From: a virus
IMG/VR virus record: IMGVR_UViG_3300006919_000001
Location: 1 to 64,000 of that record
Strand: one strand, 5' to 3'
Length of the DNA stretch: 64,000 nucleotides
Part shown: positions 28,772-37,574 of the stretch, in pieces
How positions within the stretch are numbered: position 1 is the first letter of the stretch
Layout of the letters: each line of letters opens with the position of its first letter
Made by a program: the position numbers and the translations under genes
The notes under the pieces: generated by a model
Told to the model about the DNA's origin: nothing
What the model saw: the letters and a program-made list of their open reading frames with translations, nothing else
Database searches by the model: none

Positions 28772-29478
28772 TATCTTAAGTTATTTGCTAATTCAATATT
28801 CTTATAAAATTCACTTCTTGCCATTGGCTCAGTAAAGAAAGCTCCAGTTAATTTTGCTGTTTGCATTGAAGCACCTTGATGTCCAACACCCCTACAACTT
28901 ACGCAATTATGTGTTGCCGAAATGTGTACGGCTACTCCTAAATTACCTTCGCAAATTTCCTCTACTGCGTTATGAATAGCGACTGTCAATTGCTCTTGTA
29001 TAGCACCTCTTCTTCCGAAGTGTTCAACTATTCTATTTAGCTTTGATAAGCCTACTACCATTCCTTCGCTTGATGCAATGTAGGCTACGCTTACTTTTCC
29101 CATAATAGTTTGGTGGTGGTGGCTACATTGAGATACCAATGGAATATTACTTTCCTGCACAATAGCTCCATACCCATCACTTGGGAATGCAGTTATTTTA
29201 CTCATGTTTTCATAACGTCCCTTCCATAGGTCATTCACATAAGCTTTGGCCACTCTGCGTGGAGTGTCATTTGAATTTGGATCATTCTTCCAATCACAAC
29301 CTAATGCGTCTAAGAAATATCCATATGCGACCGCTGCATTGTTTATGATTACCTCTTTTTCTTCGGTTGATAATACTGCCTTTTTCCCCTCCGCTTTTTG
29401 CTTTTCTGCCAACTGCGTTGAAATTCCATTGGAGTGGCCAATTTTGGCTATCTCTAGGTTTAATACTTTTTCACTCAT
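28771..29478 (-). CDS. folE: GTP cyclohydrolase I
   Basis: TPRRVAK, SQCSHH, GLSKLNR, IQEQLT, HNCVSCRG. Confidence 0.95.
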   Translation of the reverse strand: MSEKVLNLEIAKIGHSNGISTQLAEKQKAEGKKAVLSTEEKEVIINNAAVAYGYFLDALGCDWKNDPNSNDTPRRVAKAYVNDLWKGRYENMSKITAFPSDGYGAIVQESNIPLVSQCSHHHQTIMGKVSVAYIASSEGMVVGLSKLNRIVEHFGRRGAIQEQLTVAIHNAVEEICEGNLGVAVHISATHNCVSCRGVGHQGASMQTAKLTGAFFTEPMARSEFYKNIELANNLR

Positions 29479-29543
29479 ATTTGTTTTCTAGTTTTATTAT
29501 TATTCGTTAAAGGTATGGAGAACTTTTCAATTCTCCACGCCTT

Positions 29544-30347
29544 TTAAAATGTATCGTATAAAAAGCTTCTGCTCTTAGCTCTTGCAAATGCATATAGGGC
29601 CGCGTGTATTTTTAACTCTGCATAGGTATCCAATTCTGGATGCTCTTTTCTAGCATGAGCCAAATTGATAGCATATTGAAAAATTGAATAATCCACAGTA
29701 TCCGGTCGAACGAATTTAAAGGTCTCCACATTTTGGCAACCTAGTAAATGAACCTTCTTTCCACACTGTCTAGCATAGTTCATCATTTTCAATAACTCTT
29801 CCCTATTGGTATGCCATGCTCTCTCCTGAGCTAAACCTCCAATTGCTAAAGTTGGATACATTTCGCTTTCACATAAATCTTTCCAATATTGAAATCCTTG
29901 GTGTAGTTTAAATACTGGAGTAGGATACATGCCTGTAACATCAAACACCTCTTGCCTGCAATAATTGGATGGACACAATAGGTCTTCCGATTTTCTAAAG
30001 TATTCATTATCCAATTCAAATATCATATGATACTCTGCAATGGAACACATTTTTAAAAATTTCCTTTTCATCTTTTCACAAAGCTTTTCGAAATCTTCCT
30101 TGTCCAGTGTTTGTTGCTTTTTAAATAAAGTAAAACCACCAGAATCCAAAAATAATCTATCCTTGCCAACCATGTCATAAATCTCTTTCGTTACCACAAA
30201 TGGCATATCTACTGTTGAGATTAATACACTATTTGTAAAGGAGTCAAGTAGAGCTGGAAGTACTTTTCTCCACGTACCCTTTTCTCCGCACGAATAGATA
30301 AGTCCGGCACCTAGTCCGTATACTAATTTGTCCTGCTCTTTACTCAT
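29544..30347 (-). CDS. DpdA-like DNA 7-deazaguanine transglycosylase
   Basis: FLDSGGF, ELD, AIGG, VHLLG, TVDYS motifs; within que cluster, coupled to ParB-N. Confidence 0.78.
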   Translation of the reverse strand: MSKEQDKLVYGLGAGLIYSCGEKGTWRKVLPALLDSFTNSVLISTVDMPFVVTKEIYDMVGKDRLFLDSGGFTLFKKQQTLDKEDFEKLCEKMKRKFLKMCSIAEYHMIFELDNEYFRKSEDLLCPSNYCRQEVFDVTGMYPTPVFKLHQGFQYWKDLCESEMYPTLAIGGLAQERAWHTNREELLKMMNYARQCGKKVHLLGCQNVETFKFVRPDTVDYSIFQYAINLAHARKEHPELDTYAELKIHAALYAFARAKSRSFLYDTF

Positions 30348-30768
30348 CTTTTTTTCCTTTTAAAAGTTCCTCTAAATCTTTCTTATTGTTACTGAATGAG
30401 GTGAGTCCTAATTCTCCCATGAGCTCATCTGGATTCTCAGACATTAGCCTGTCAATTTCAGCATAGTTCCATTGGGAATATTCTCCCACTCTATTGTCAG
30501 CAATTACAAAACCCTTTATCTGGTCTTCCGTTAATCCACTTATTGCAAGCACATCAATTTCGCCTTCATATTTTAGAAGCTTCAAAGCTTTCAACCTTGT
30601 GTGTCCAGCTAGTATCATTAGCTTGTCGGTAACCACTATTGGATTGATATATCCGTAGGCCTCAATTGACTTGGCAACCACTTTTGCAGATTTATTATTT
30701 CTACGTGGATTCCTTCCATAAGGGACAAGGTCGTTTATATCTACCTTTATTAATTTTTTCTCCATCAT
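30340..30768 (-). CDS. ParB N-terminal (ParB/Srx) domain protein
   Basis: PYGRNPR, SIEAYGYINPIVV, ILAGHTRLKA, IADNR; no HTH domain. Confidence 0.88.
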   Translation of the reverse strand: MMEKKLIKVDINDLVPYGRNPRRNNKSAKVVAKSIEAYGYINPIVVTDKLMILAGHTRLKALKLLKYEGEIDVLAISGLTEDQIKGFVIADNRVGEYSQWNYAEIDRLMSENPDELMGELGLTSFSNNKKDLEELLKGKKDE

Positions 30769-30800
30769 TATTTGTTTTTATTATTAATATTAATTCTTAG

Positions 30801-30871
30801 CCGTCGGTGTGGGAATCGAACCCACGGTCTTTTACTGTACTGTAAATGCTCTACCTTTGAGCTATCCTCCG
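30801..30871 (-). ncRNA. tRNA-like element with 6-nt anticodon loop (AGTACA) and mismatched acceptor stem
   Basis: GCTC-AAAGGTA-GAGC D arm, TTTAC/GTAAA stem, GTGGG-TTCGATT-CCCAC T arm; acceptor CGGAGGA/ACCGACG pairs only 4/7. Confidence 0.7.
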
Positions 30872-30874
30872 TTT

Positions 30875-31035
30875 TGTAGCTGCGATTTAAAAAAGATCGA
30901 ACTTTAGAAAATTTAGCTACATTTTGTGGTCAAAAAAGATCGTTTTACATTTTTTACAAAATATATTTTTATCAAATCCAGCTTTTTCAAGCGCGATTTC
31001 GATCTTTTCGATCTTAAAATCGATCTTTTTAAATC
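30875..31035. repeat. non-coding inverted array of AAGATCG motifs (candidate origin or protein-binding site)
   Basis: GATC at 30895, 30938 (AAGATCG) and 31001, 31010, 31022 (CGATCTT); outer IR GATTTAAAAAAGATCGA / TCGATCTTTTTAAATC. Confidence 0.8.
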
Positions 31036-31073
31036 CGTATGTCGAAATGCGTGAACCGTTAATTACTAACTAG

Positions 31074-31862
31074 TTACACTTCTCTCTGGTCTTCAAAGGC
31101 AATAATGTGTGGCCTCCATGTCATACGATATCCGTTATCCCTTACCCAATCAAATACCAATGGGTATGATTTGAATAATGATTCCCTAGAGTCGCCTGCA
31201 GGCATGAACCAAACCTTACCACTTGGTGCCTCTATGCAATCGAGAAAATATAATATCTCATCAAGTGCATCCTCATCTTTACCATCCCACACTGGTTTGA
31301 TATGAAAGTCTTTATGGTAATTGATTGACTTTGAAATCGCATCCACATTAAGCCTAAACTTATTGTGTTGTCTAATCATTTTCTCATCCGTAATTTTTCC
31401 CTTGGGAGTTTCCACTCCAAGCACCGGAACACTATTACTAAACTTTGGACTAATAGATAATAAATCAATAGGATAATCAGTTTCAAGAAAATGACTACCC
31501 TCAGTTTCGATTGTAATAAAAATTCCATTATCATTTGCAAAATGTGTTAATTCATTTACCAGCTTAGGCCACATTGTCGGGCTTCCGCCTGTAAGCATCA
31601 TCTCCTTGATATGTGGATTCTTTTTATAAGCTTCCACTATATCATCAAAAGAGTAGAGCCCCTTGTCCGGATGAATGCTCGTGTACCATGAATCACACCA
31701 ACCGCCTTCTCCAAAAAAGCATCTATGTGTACATCCGGTGGTCCTGATTACCACAGTTGGATAACCTGCCCTACTACCCTCTGATTGTACCGCGGTATAA
31801 ATCTCAACAATTCCTTGCCTTTTTGATTTGTCCTCCTCGGACATTCTTTTTATTTTTCCCAT
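31074..31862 (-). CDS. queE: 7-carboxy-7-deazaguanine synthase, radical SAM
   Basis: QSEG, RTTGCTHRC...WCDS, LTGGSP, IETEG, SISPK. Confidence 0.93.
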   Translation of the reverse strand: MGKIKRMSEEDKSKRQGIVEIYTAVQSEGSRAGYPTVVIRTTGCTHRCFFGEGGWCDSWYTSIHPDKGLYSFDDIVEAYKKNPHIKEMMLTGGSPTMWPKLVNELTHFANDNGIFITIETEGSHFLETDYPIDLLSISPKFSNSVPVLGVETPKGKITDEKMIRQHNKFRLNVDAISKSINYHKDFHIKPVWDGKDEDALDEILYFLDCIEAPSGKVWFMPAGDSRESLFKSYPLVFDWVRDNGYRMTWRPHIIAFEDQREV

Positions 31863-32010
31863 CTTAATATTACATTTTGGTCTAATACTTTATCTGGACA
31901 ATCCAGAAATCTTTTAATTATTTCATCCCTCTCTTTTAGTAAACATTCTTCCTTGGAACATTTTTCTAAAATATTAAACTCAAATAATTCTCCATCATCA
32001 TATGTAAACC
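31850..32010 (-). pseudogene. probable remnant of a GIY-YIG endonuclease
   Basis: start-less open frame reading GELFEFNILEKCSKEECLLKERDEII, like the GIY-YIG FxFxILE...ERE segment. Confidence 0.45.
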
Positions 32011-32504
32011 TAATTTTCTTTATAAATTGAACTATTGTTGTCGTTCTCCCAACACTCTACTTTTGTAACTCTACACCTAGCACCATCCGTTAAGGCCAAC
32101 CTTTCATTAAAATGGTCATAGACTAGCTTAGCGCAACTCTCTGCGCCCATCTTTTCTAGTACGACTAACTTAGCCAAGCCTAGCTCTTGAAGCACCTCAA
32201 AAGTCTCTAATTGCGGGTCATCCTTTTCAATTAACAAAGTATGATCCCACATGCTATTCATCCATTTCTTTAGGCCATTGCCCGGAGTTGGTTCCGCATC
32301 CGTATCTTTGAATCCACCATAGTCAACTACCCAATTCATTTCGTCCAATCCTTGGTTTCCATCCATTGGAGTATTCGATTCAAAATACACTTTAAATTTT
32401 AAAGCATACCCATGTAATAATTGACAATGAGAATGCGCAGCTCTCCACTGTCTTAATGCAACGCTGTAATTGCTAAACGTTTTTGTAGATTGATATAGTC
32501 CCAT
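32010..32504 (-). CDS. queD: 6-carboxy-5,6,7,8-tetrahydropterin synthase
   Basis: HSHCQLLHGY, WVVDYG, DHTLL, AE, VECWE. Confidence 0.92.
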   Translation of the reverse strand: MGLYQSTKTFSNYSVALRQWRAAHSHCQLLHGYALKFKVYFESNTPMDGNQGLDEMNWVVDYGGFKDTDAEPTPGNGLKKWMNSMWDHTLLIEKDDPQLETFEVLQELGLAKLVVLEKMGAESCAKLVYDHFNERLALTDGARCRVTKVECWENDNNSSIYKEN

Positions 32505-32506
32505 AA

Positions 32507-32767
32507 TTATTTATTTTTTTTAGTTGGTAATAATTCCATGTCCCATATTTTACTTTCACTTAATTTCATCCAGCCCAATGCTAGTAAGAAAAATATTGAG
32601 ACTATTGTTAGTACTGGTCCAAATACTGCAAATAAAAGTGATATAAGAATATCCTTTACTCGTAGTGACCCGCTAAGTAAGCATACTCCAATTGCGGATA
32701 AAAGTCCGCTAAGGTACCATAATAAAAATAATTCAATTTCTGTTAATCCTGATAAAAATGTATCCAT
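32507..32767 (-). CDS. small membrane protein
   Basis: two to three hydrophobic segments. Confidence 0.6.
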   Translation of the reverse strand: MDTFLSGLTEIELFLLWYLSGLLSAIGVCLLSGSLRVKDILISLLFAVFGPVLTIVSIFFLLALGWMKLSESKIWDMELLPTKKNK

Positions 32768-32778
32768 AGTTTTTGTTT

Positions 32779-33663
32779 TTAAAAGTTAAAATTATATTTT
32801 TTTCTTTTATACTTGGAAGATTGAGCCCCCTCTCCTCGTAAGCCTTTTAATAGCTTTACTAAAAATTGTGCATTTGAAATTGTATCGGCCAATGCCCGGT
32901 GCGCACCCTTTAAGGTTAAACCAACTTCATTGGCACAAACTCCTAATGCAAAACTTGATAATTCAAACCATCTTAATCTGGCCCATTCTAATGTATCAAT
33001 CATTTGAGTGTCCGAAATTACTTTATGTAGGTTTGCTCCGTTTTTTTCAAATAGCTTTTCTAGAAATGGATTATCAAATTTCTTTATATTATGACCAGCC
33101 AATATCGGCTTGCTATTTCCCACGGTGTGTTTTTTAATCATAGTTTGAATCAACTCAAATGCTTCTTTTATATCTACACCTTCTTCAACCATAAGCTCTC
33201 TTGAAATACCTGTTACTTCTAAAGCTTGTGGATTATAAGATTTGTCAAAATACAATTTTGCAATTGAGCCTAGGTCTTCTCTTTCCTCTAATTGGAGGTA
33301 AGTTTCATAATCAATAATACTTCCATTTGCCTCCATCCATATGTAGAATGTTTTAATATCCTCCACCAATGGCTCTAAATTCTTTAAAGTAATCATGTGT
33401 CCATTATACTCCAATATATTTAATCCAGTCTCAGTGTCTTTTTCCTTCAACATTTTAAATAATTCCCTTGCTTCTCTAATTGGCTCTTCTTCCACCATTG
33501 TTAAATTAAGCCAAGGTTTAATCAATGTGCTAAATTCATCTGCTATTTCTAATGTTTCTAAATCAATAGCAACGATTGCTATTTCTGTAATTTGGTTGTG
33601 CGAGGAACTAAACCCTCCAGTCTCTAAATCATAGACTAAAATCTTCTTATAAGGTGATATCAT
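32779..33663 (-). CDS. DEDDh 3'-5' exonuclease (DnaQ/epsilon-like)
   Basis: YDLETGG, AGHNIKKFD, IDTL, AHRALAD. Confidence 0.9.
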   Translation of the reverse strand: MISPYKKILVYDLETGGFSSSHNQITEIAIVAIDLETLEIADEFSTLIKPWLNLTMVEEEPIREARELFKMLKEKDTETGLNILEYNGHMITLKNLEPLVEDIKTFYIWMEANGSIIDYETYLQLEEREDLGSIAKLYFDKSYNPQALEVTGISRELMVEEGVDIKEAFELIQTMIKKHTVGNSKPILAGHNIKKFDNPFLEKLFEKNGANLHKVISDTQMIDTLEWARLRWFELSSFALGVCANEVGLTLKGAHRALADTISNAQFLVKLLKGLRGEGAQSSKYKRKKYNFNF

Positions 33664-33775
33664 ATTTGTTGTTTTTTAATTGTTTTGAGGTACTACTTCT
33701 CTATAAGGATTGAGGTAACGCGTAACTCTTTGATATTTAAAGAGTTCTCTGTATTTTCGAAATTTTTTACAACGA

Positions 33776-34303
33776 CTAAAAATAATCGGGTAGTAAAATT
33801 GAATTGGCCCTATATATGTCCATTGACTTCTTATCCCCAAAGTCCCATTTTGTATGGCATCTTAAACATAAATGATTTATGTTTTTTAAACTATGCCTCA
33901 ATTCTGGTGCAATTGATTTTGCTACTATATGAGAGTATCTAAACCTAGCTATTAGCTTTCCAGCTCCATCTCTAAATTCAATTGGCAATGAAGTTCCACA
34001 TTCCTCACATTCATGGTTTGAATTGTTAAAACATTTCTCATAAAATACCTCATCCAATATTAAATTACTTAGACCCTTGGGCTTGCCACCTCCACCATAA
34101 ACCAATTTGTGCCTAGAGCTTCCCTTGTCTATATCTCGTTTAAGGCGCGTTTCCGTCGTTTTGACAGCCTTTATATCTTTCCTGACATACTTATATGCCC
34201 TAGGCTCTTTGCCTTCATCTAATCGCTCCCTATTGCATATTGCACAAAGCTTCCAATGTTTGTTGGCAATCTCCTTTTCTTTATTGCATCCTTTGCATTC
34301 CAT
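33776..34303 (-). CDS. HNH-type nuclease with Zn-binding cysteines
   Basis: CEECG...SHI...NINHLCLRCHTKWD. Confidence 0.7.
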   Translation of the reverse strand: MECKGCNKEKEIANKHWKLCAICNRERLDEGKEPRAYKYVRKDIKAVKTTETRLKRDIDKGSSRHKLVYGGGGKPKGLSNLILDEVFYEKCFNNSNHECEECGTSLPIEFRDGAGKLIARFRYSHIVAKSIAPELRHSLKNINHLCLRCHTKWDFGDKKSMDIYRANSILLPDYF

Positions 34304-34543
34304 TTACCAAATTGTTATAAAGTTTGAATACCCATTTCTATAAACAAACTTCCATTGTTGGCATTCAAATATTTTTCTTTCATATTCAAAAACCTCACCT
34401 ATTGTATTTGTGATTGTTTTCGGAAATGTATGGTCATACTTCCCAGCGCAGTTTTCAAAATGTCTTTTCCTTACCACCGTGTGGCCACCTTCTATTTTAT
34501 AATCTCCTTTAAATTCTACTTTTAAATTTCTTGTCTGTAACAT
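34304..34543 (-). CDS. hypothetical protein
   Basis: 79 aa ORF behind promoter 34613-34644. Confidence 0.6.
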   Translation of the reverse strand: MLQTRNLKVEFKGDYKIEGGHTVVRKRHFENCAGKYDHTFPKTITNTIGEVFEYERKIFECQQWKFVYRNGYSNFITIW

Positions 34544-34612
34544 ATTGTTTTTTGTTTTTTATTAGTTAAAACAGTTCCACCAAAAGTTAATGGTCATGTT
34601 ATTTATTTTTGA

Positions 34613-34644
34613 TAAAGATAAAGCTTATATCTCTACGAACCTAC
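34613..34644 (-). promoter_or_regulatory. phage promoter GTAGG-N19-TATCTTTA heading the replication/modification module
   Basis: conserved motif and spacing. Confidence 0.75.
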
Positions 34645-34787
34645 ATAATTCGAAATTTTTTTGTTTTTCTTTATTTTAGCCTACTGTGTTATACAAGGTA
34701 CTGACTCTTTTTTTTTAACCTCGATACTATAGATAGCTTTCAAAAAAAACAGGGATATAATAAGATTTATTAAATCTATATATAAAT

Positions 34788-34817
34788 AAGGGGTTATATA
34801 TTTACATATTACCCCTT
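34788..34817 (-). terminator. probable terminator after endolysin
   Basis: AAGGGGT...ACCCCTT inverted repeat. Confidence 0.55.
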
Positions 34818-34842
34818 TATTATAAATAATGATAGATAAAAA

Positions 34843-35265
34843 CTATCGCACTTGAAAATGTGGTAGGTCTTTAAACCTTCTCCAATCACCACCCCATTCG
34901 AAGCTTTCGTGGTCTTTAAAGAGACCCTCCTCCTTCATTAAAATGAACTCCTTCTTCATTAAGTCAGCTATTGTTTTATATTTTCCTATACAATCCCAAC
35001 AAGCTCCATGCTCGTCATATACAAATATGTCAACTGCATTTCCACTTTGATGGTAACTTATTTTTTTAAATCCATCCAACCAACTTACTTTTGGTCTTTG
35101 ATGGAATAAGTTATTTTGTTCTTGTGCGGTTCTTATTCCTCCACTTGAAGGTATTCCAAAATCAATATCAGATTTAGCTAGTACTCGTACCACTAATTTC
35201 TCAAGGTCTTTATTTATTCCTTTGATATTTTTTTTAGAATTCTTACTTAGCTTAAAATCTGCCAT
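34843..35265 (-). CDS. endolysin, M15 L-alanyl-D-glutamate peptidase
   Basis: RTAQEQ, SYHQSGNAVD, WGGDW, DLPHFQ. Confidence 0.92.
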   Translation of the reverse strand: MADFKLSKNSKKNIKGINKDLEKLVVRVLAKSDIDFGIPSSGGIRTAQEQNNLFHQRPKVSWLDGFKKISYHQSGNAVDIFVYDEHGACWDCIGKYKTIADLMKKEFILMKEEGLFKDHESFEWGGDWRRFKDLPHFQVR

Positions 35266-35271
35266 TGTTTT

Positions 35272-35718
35272 TTATTTTTTAAAGTTATCATTGCTTTCCA
35301 CTTTCCCAATCAAACTTGATAAAGTTCTCGATAGTCCAGCTCTAATTGCAATCAATAAACCGGAAACAACATCCATCTTCTTTAGTATCACTTTATTTTT
35401 AGCCATATAGATATTACCCATAATTGAGTAACCTTCTGATACGGTTAAAATTGCCATGACTATATTTATTGCTACGACGAAATCGTAACCTAAACTTTTT
35501 GCCATTAATGCGAGTGTAACTGGAATCATTAGAAATATTAATTTCATTGTAATCCCCCAAAGCATAGTCTTAAATTGAAAATCACGACCCAGCCTTACTG
35601 CTTTAACAGCTCCTAGCAATGAGTCAATGCACATCAATATCATTAAGATTGAAAATGTTTCTTGGTTTAAATTCAGATAAGTAAATATTGCGTAACATAA
35701 ATATTTAACTTTCTCCAT
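35272..35718 (-). CDS. holin (phage holin family 4-like)
   Basis: TM segments, IDSLLG...K, EGYSIMGN; directly upstream of endolysin. Confidence 0.8.
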   Translation of the reverse strand: MEKVKYLCYAIFTYLNLNQETFSILMILMCIDSLLGAVKAVRLGRDFQFKTMLWGITMKLIFLMIPVTLALMAKSLGYDFVVAINIVMAILTVSEGYSIMGNIYMAKNKVILKKMDVVSGLLIAIRAGLSRTLSSLIGKVESNDNFKK

Positions 35719-35772
35719 TTTTTTATTGTATTCTATTATTAAAATTAACTAATTTAAGTCTCTCTTAAATCA

Positions 35773-37530
35773 TTACATTATGTACTTTGCTATCTTTGAA
35801 ATAGCACGTCTCCCTCTGCGCCTTTGTGATTGGGATAAGTTGAAAACTACATTACTCCCAACTGGTATTACATTTACTATTCTAGAAACTTGTATTGCTG
35901 AATTAGAACCTGAATCAATAACGTTGTAATAAATTAAATAAGCCCCAACTGTATTTACATCTACAGTTCCACTAATTATAATACTACCCGTTACATCTCC
36001 ATCTTCAAAGTCAGATGCCGTAGCTCCTAATTCTATATATGCATCTCCTTCTTCAATATTTACAATAGATGAACCTACTAATGTTATTACAGGTGGATTC
36101 ACTACTACCAAATCATCTATGACGAAACTATACATTTCAATATTGGTGTACGTAGCGCTTAAATCATATCCAACAGGGTCAAACGTATTAGGGTCTAAAC
36201 CGTTATTTGTAATCCAAGTATTTGCAACTGTTGCTGTGTGTGTATTTACATCATGAGTATTTGCTATTACTCCAGAATTTAAATCATAATCAGTATCTTT
36301 ATATTGAACTAGTTCCGGTATTATTTTATAATCCAAAGCAGTTGTCCATCCAAAAGTAGTATTATTATCTATCCTATCAAAAGAGCTTGCGTCGATTGGT
36401 TGTATTTGTTGAATCTTATTTCCATTAGAATCTACCCTTGCACAATTGCCTACATTTCTTTCTGTTATGATTTTATTTTGCCACCAAGCTGCGCTTTCTA
36501 AATCTGCTTCTAAGAAATTTATTAGTGGAAACATTGTGTCCGTCCTATAATTTTCATGAGGTGCGGAATTTAAAGGAAATATATCATGTTCAAATTCTCC
36601 AGATGTATAGTTGGTGACTCTATTTTGCCATAAGCCTTGAGTTACTATTACTGGCTCCGGTCTATATTGACCCTGAACTACAGTGCCCGTTCCCCACTGG
36701 TCATCAGTCGCTGTTACTCCTATTCCATTATGTACATTCCCTGCACAATATATAGTTGGTGCTGTTGTTACTGTTGGAGTCCCAACCGTGTTTGCTCTTG
36801 CTTGGTTTTTAGAACCGTTTCCAGATGGCGTTAAGTATGAGTTATTAATCTCATTTAATTGTACATTCCCCTCTGTCACCATTATTCTATTTGCCCAATC
36901 GAATACTACATTACCAATCGCATCACATCTTCCATCTATATTAACATTTGGAAAACGGTGACTCATCACGCTCCATAAATTACCAATACTTGATAAGTCT
37001 ACATTTCTAGATGTATCATCACTATCCCCAAGTAGCATTCCAGTTTTACTAAAATTGAAATGGTTATTACTGTTAGTTATTCTCTCCACTACCGCATCAA
37101 CATAAGAAGCTCTAAAGCTCATAGTTTCATCTCCACCAAATGAGACGGAGCAATGGTCTACTATTACATCCTTGCATCCTATAAAATCCAAAGCATCTCT
37201 TCCAAACCATGTGTTTCTCAAAGATACATATCTCATTATAAAATTATTTACATAATCTGCTCTAATCCCTGGACCTCCATATTCGAAGCCACCCATCGGT
37301 GCAGTTTGACCCAATACTATTACATTTTGCAAATTAGTATAGGTTGTATTTATACTCTTACAAAGTCCTGATACATTAAAGCTAACAATCGTATTTGGAT
37401 TATTCATGGCCCAAGATATTGAACCAACTCCACTGTCATCTAAATTAGTTACTATCCTATGTGTGTAGGTTACATTTGCCCTAGCATTTGCACCCCCACC
37501 AGTTGCTGTTGGAAAAGCTTTTTGTGACAT
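35773..37530 (-). CDS. pectate-lyase-like (PL1) beta-helix protein with C-terminal Ig-like domain; candidate depolymerase
   Basis: AFP...GGG, VTNLDDSGVGS, GQTAP, IVDHCSVSFGGDE, HRFP; PVITLVG...GATASDFEDGDVT. Confidence 0.8.
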   Translation of the reverse strand: MSQKAFPTATGGGANARANVTYTHRIVTNLDDSGVGSISWAMNNPNTIVSFNVSGLCKSINTTYTNLQNVIVLGQTAPMGGFEYGGPGIRADYVNNFIMRYVSLRNTWFGRDALDFIGCKDVIVDHCSVSFGGDETMSFRASYVDAVVERITNSNNHFNFSKTGMLLGDSDDTSRNVDLSSIGNLWSVMSHRFPNVNIDGRCDAIGNVVFDWANRIMVTEGNVQLNEINNSYLTPSGNGSKNQARANTVGTPTVTTAPTIYCAGNVHNGIGVTATDDQWGTGTVVQGQYRPEPVIVTQGLWQNRVTNYTSGEFEHDIFPLNSAPHENYRTDTMFPLINFLEADLESAAWWQNKIITERNVGNCARVDSNGNKIQQIQPIDASSFDRIDNNTTFGWTTALDYKIIPELVQYKDTDYDLNSGVIANTHDVNTHTATVANTWITNNGLDPNTFDPVGYDLSATYTNIEMYSFVIDDLVVVNPPVITLVGSSIVNIEEGDAYIELGATASDFEDGDVTGSIIISGTVDVNTVGAYLIYYNVIDSGSNSAIQVSRIVNVIPVGSNVVFNLSQSQRRRGRRAISKIAKYIM

Positions 37531-37574
37531 ATTTTTATTTATTTTTAAATTGTTATCTACTTCGTATTACATGA

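Noticed and set aside
30340-30768. Plasmid-prophage partition system (ParABS)
   Set aside because: Only the ParB N-terminal domain is present, with no HTH, ParA, integrase or repressor in the window
26263-32504. Auxiliary metabolic genes for host queuosine-tRNA or folate synthesis
   Set aside because: queF, queA and queG/H are absent, and the DpdA-like/ParB-N context favours DNA modification
34681-34842. AT-rich gap between lysis and replication modules as replication origin
   Set aside because: Explained adequately by a terminator and promoter upstream region; no iterated motifs seen
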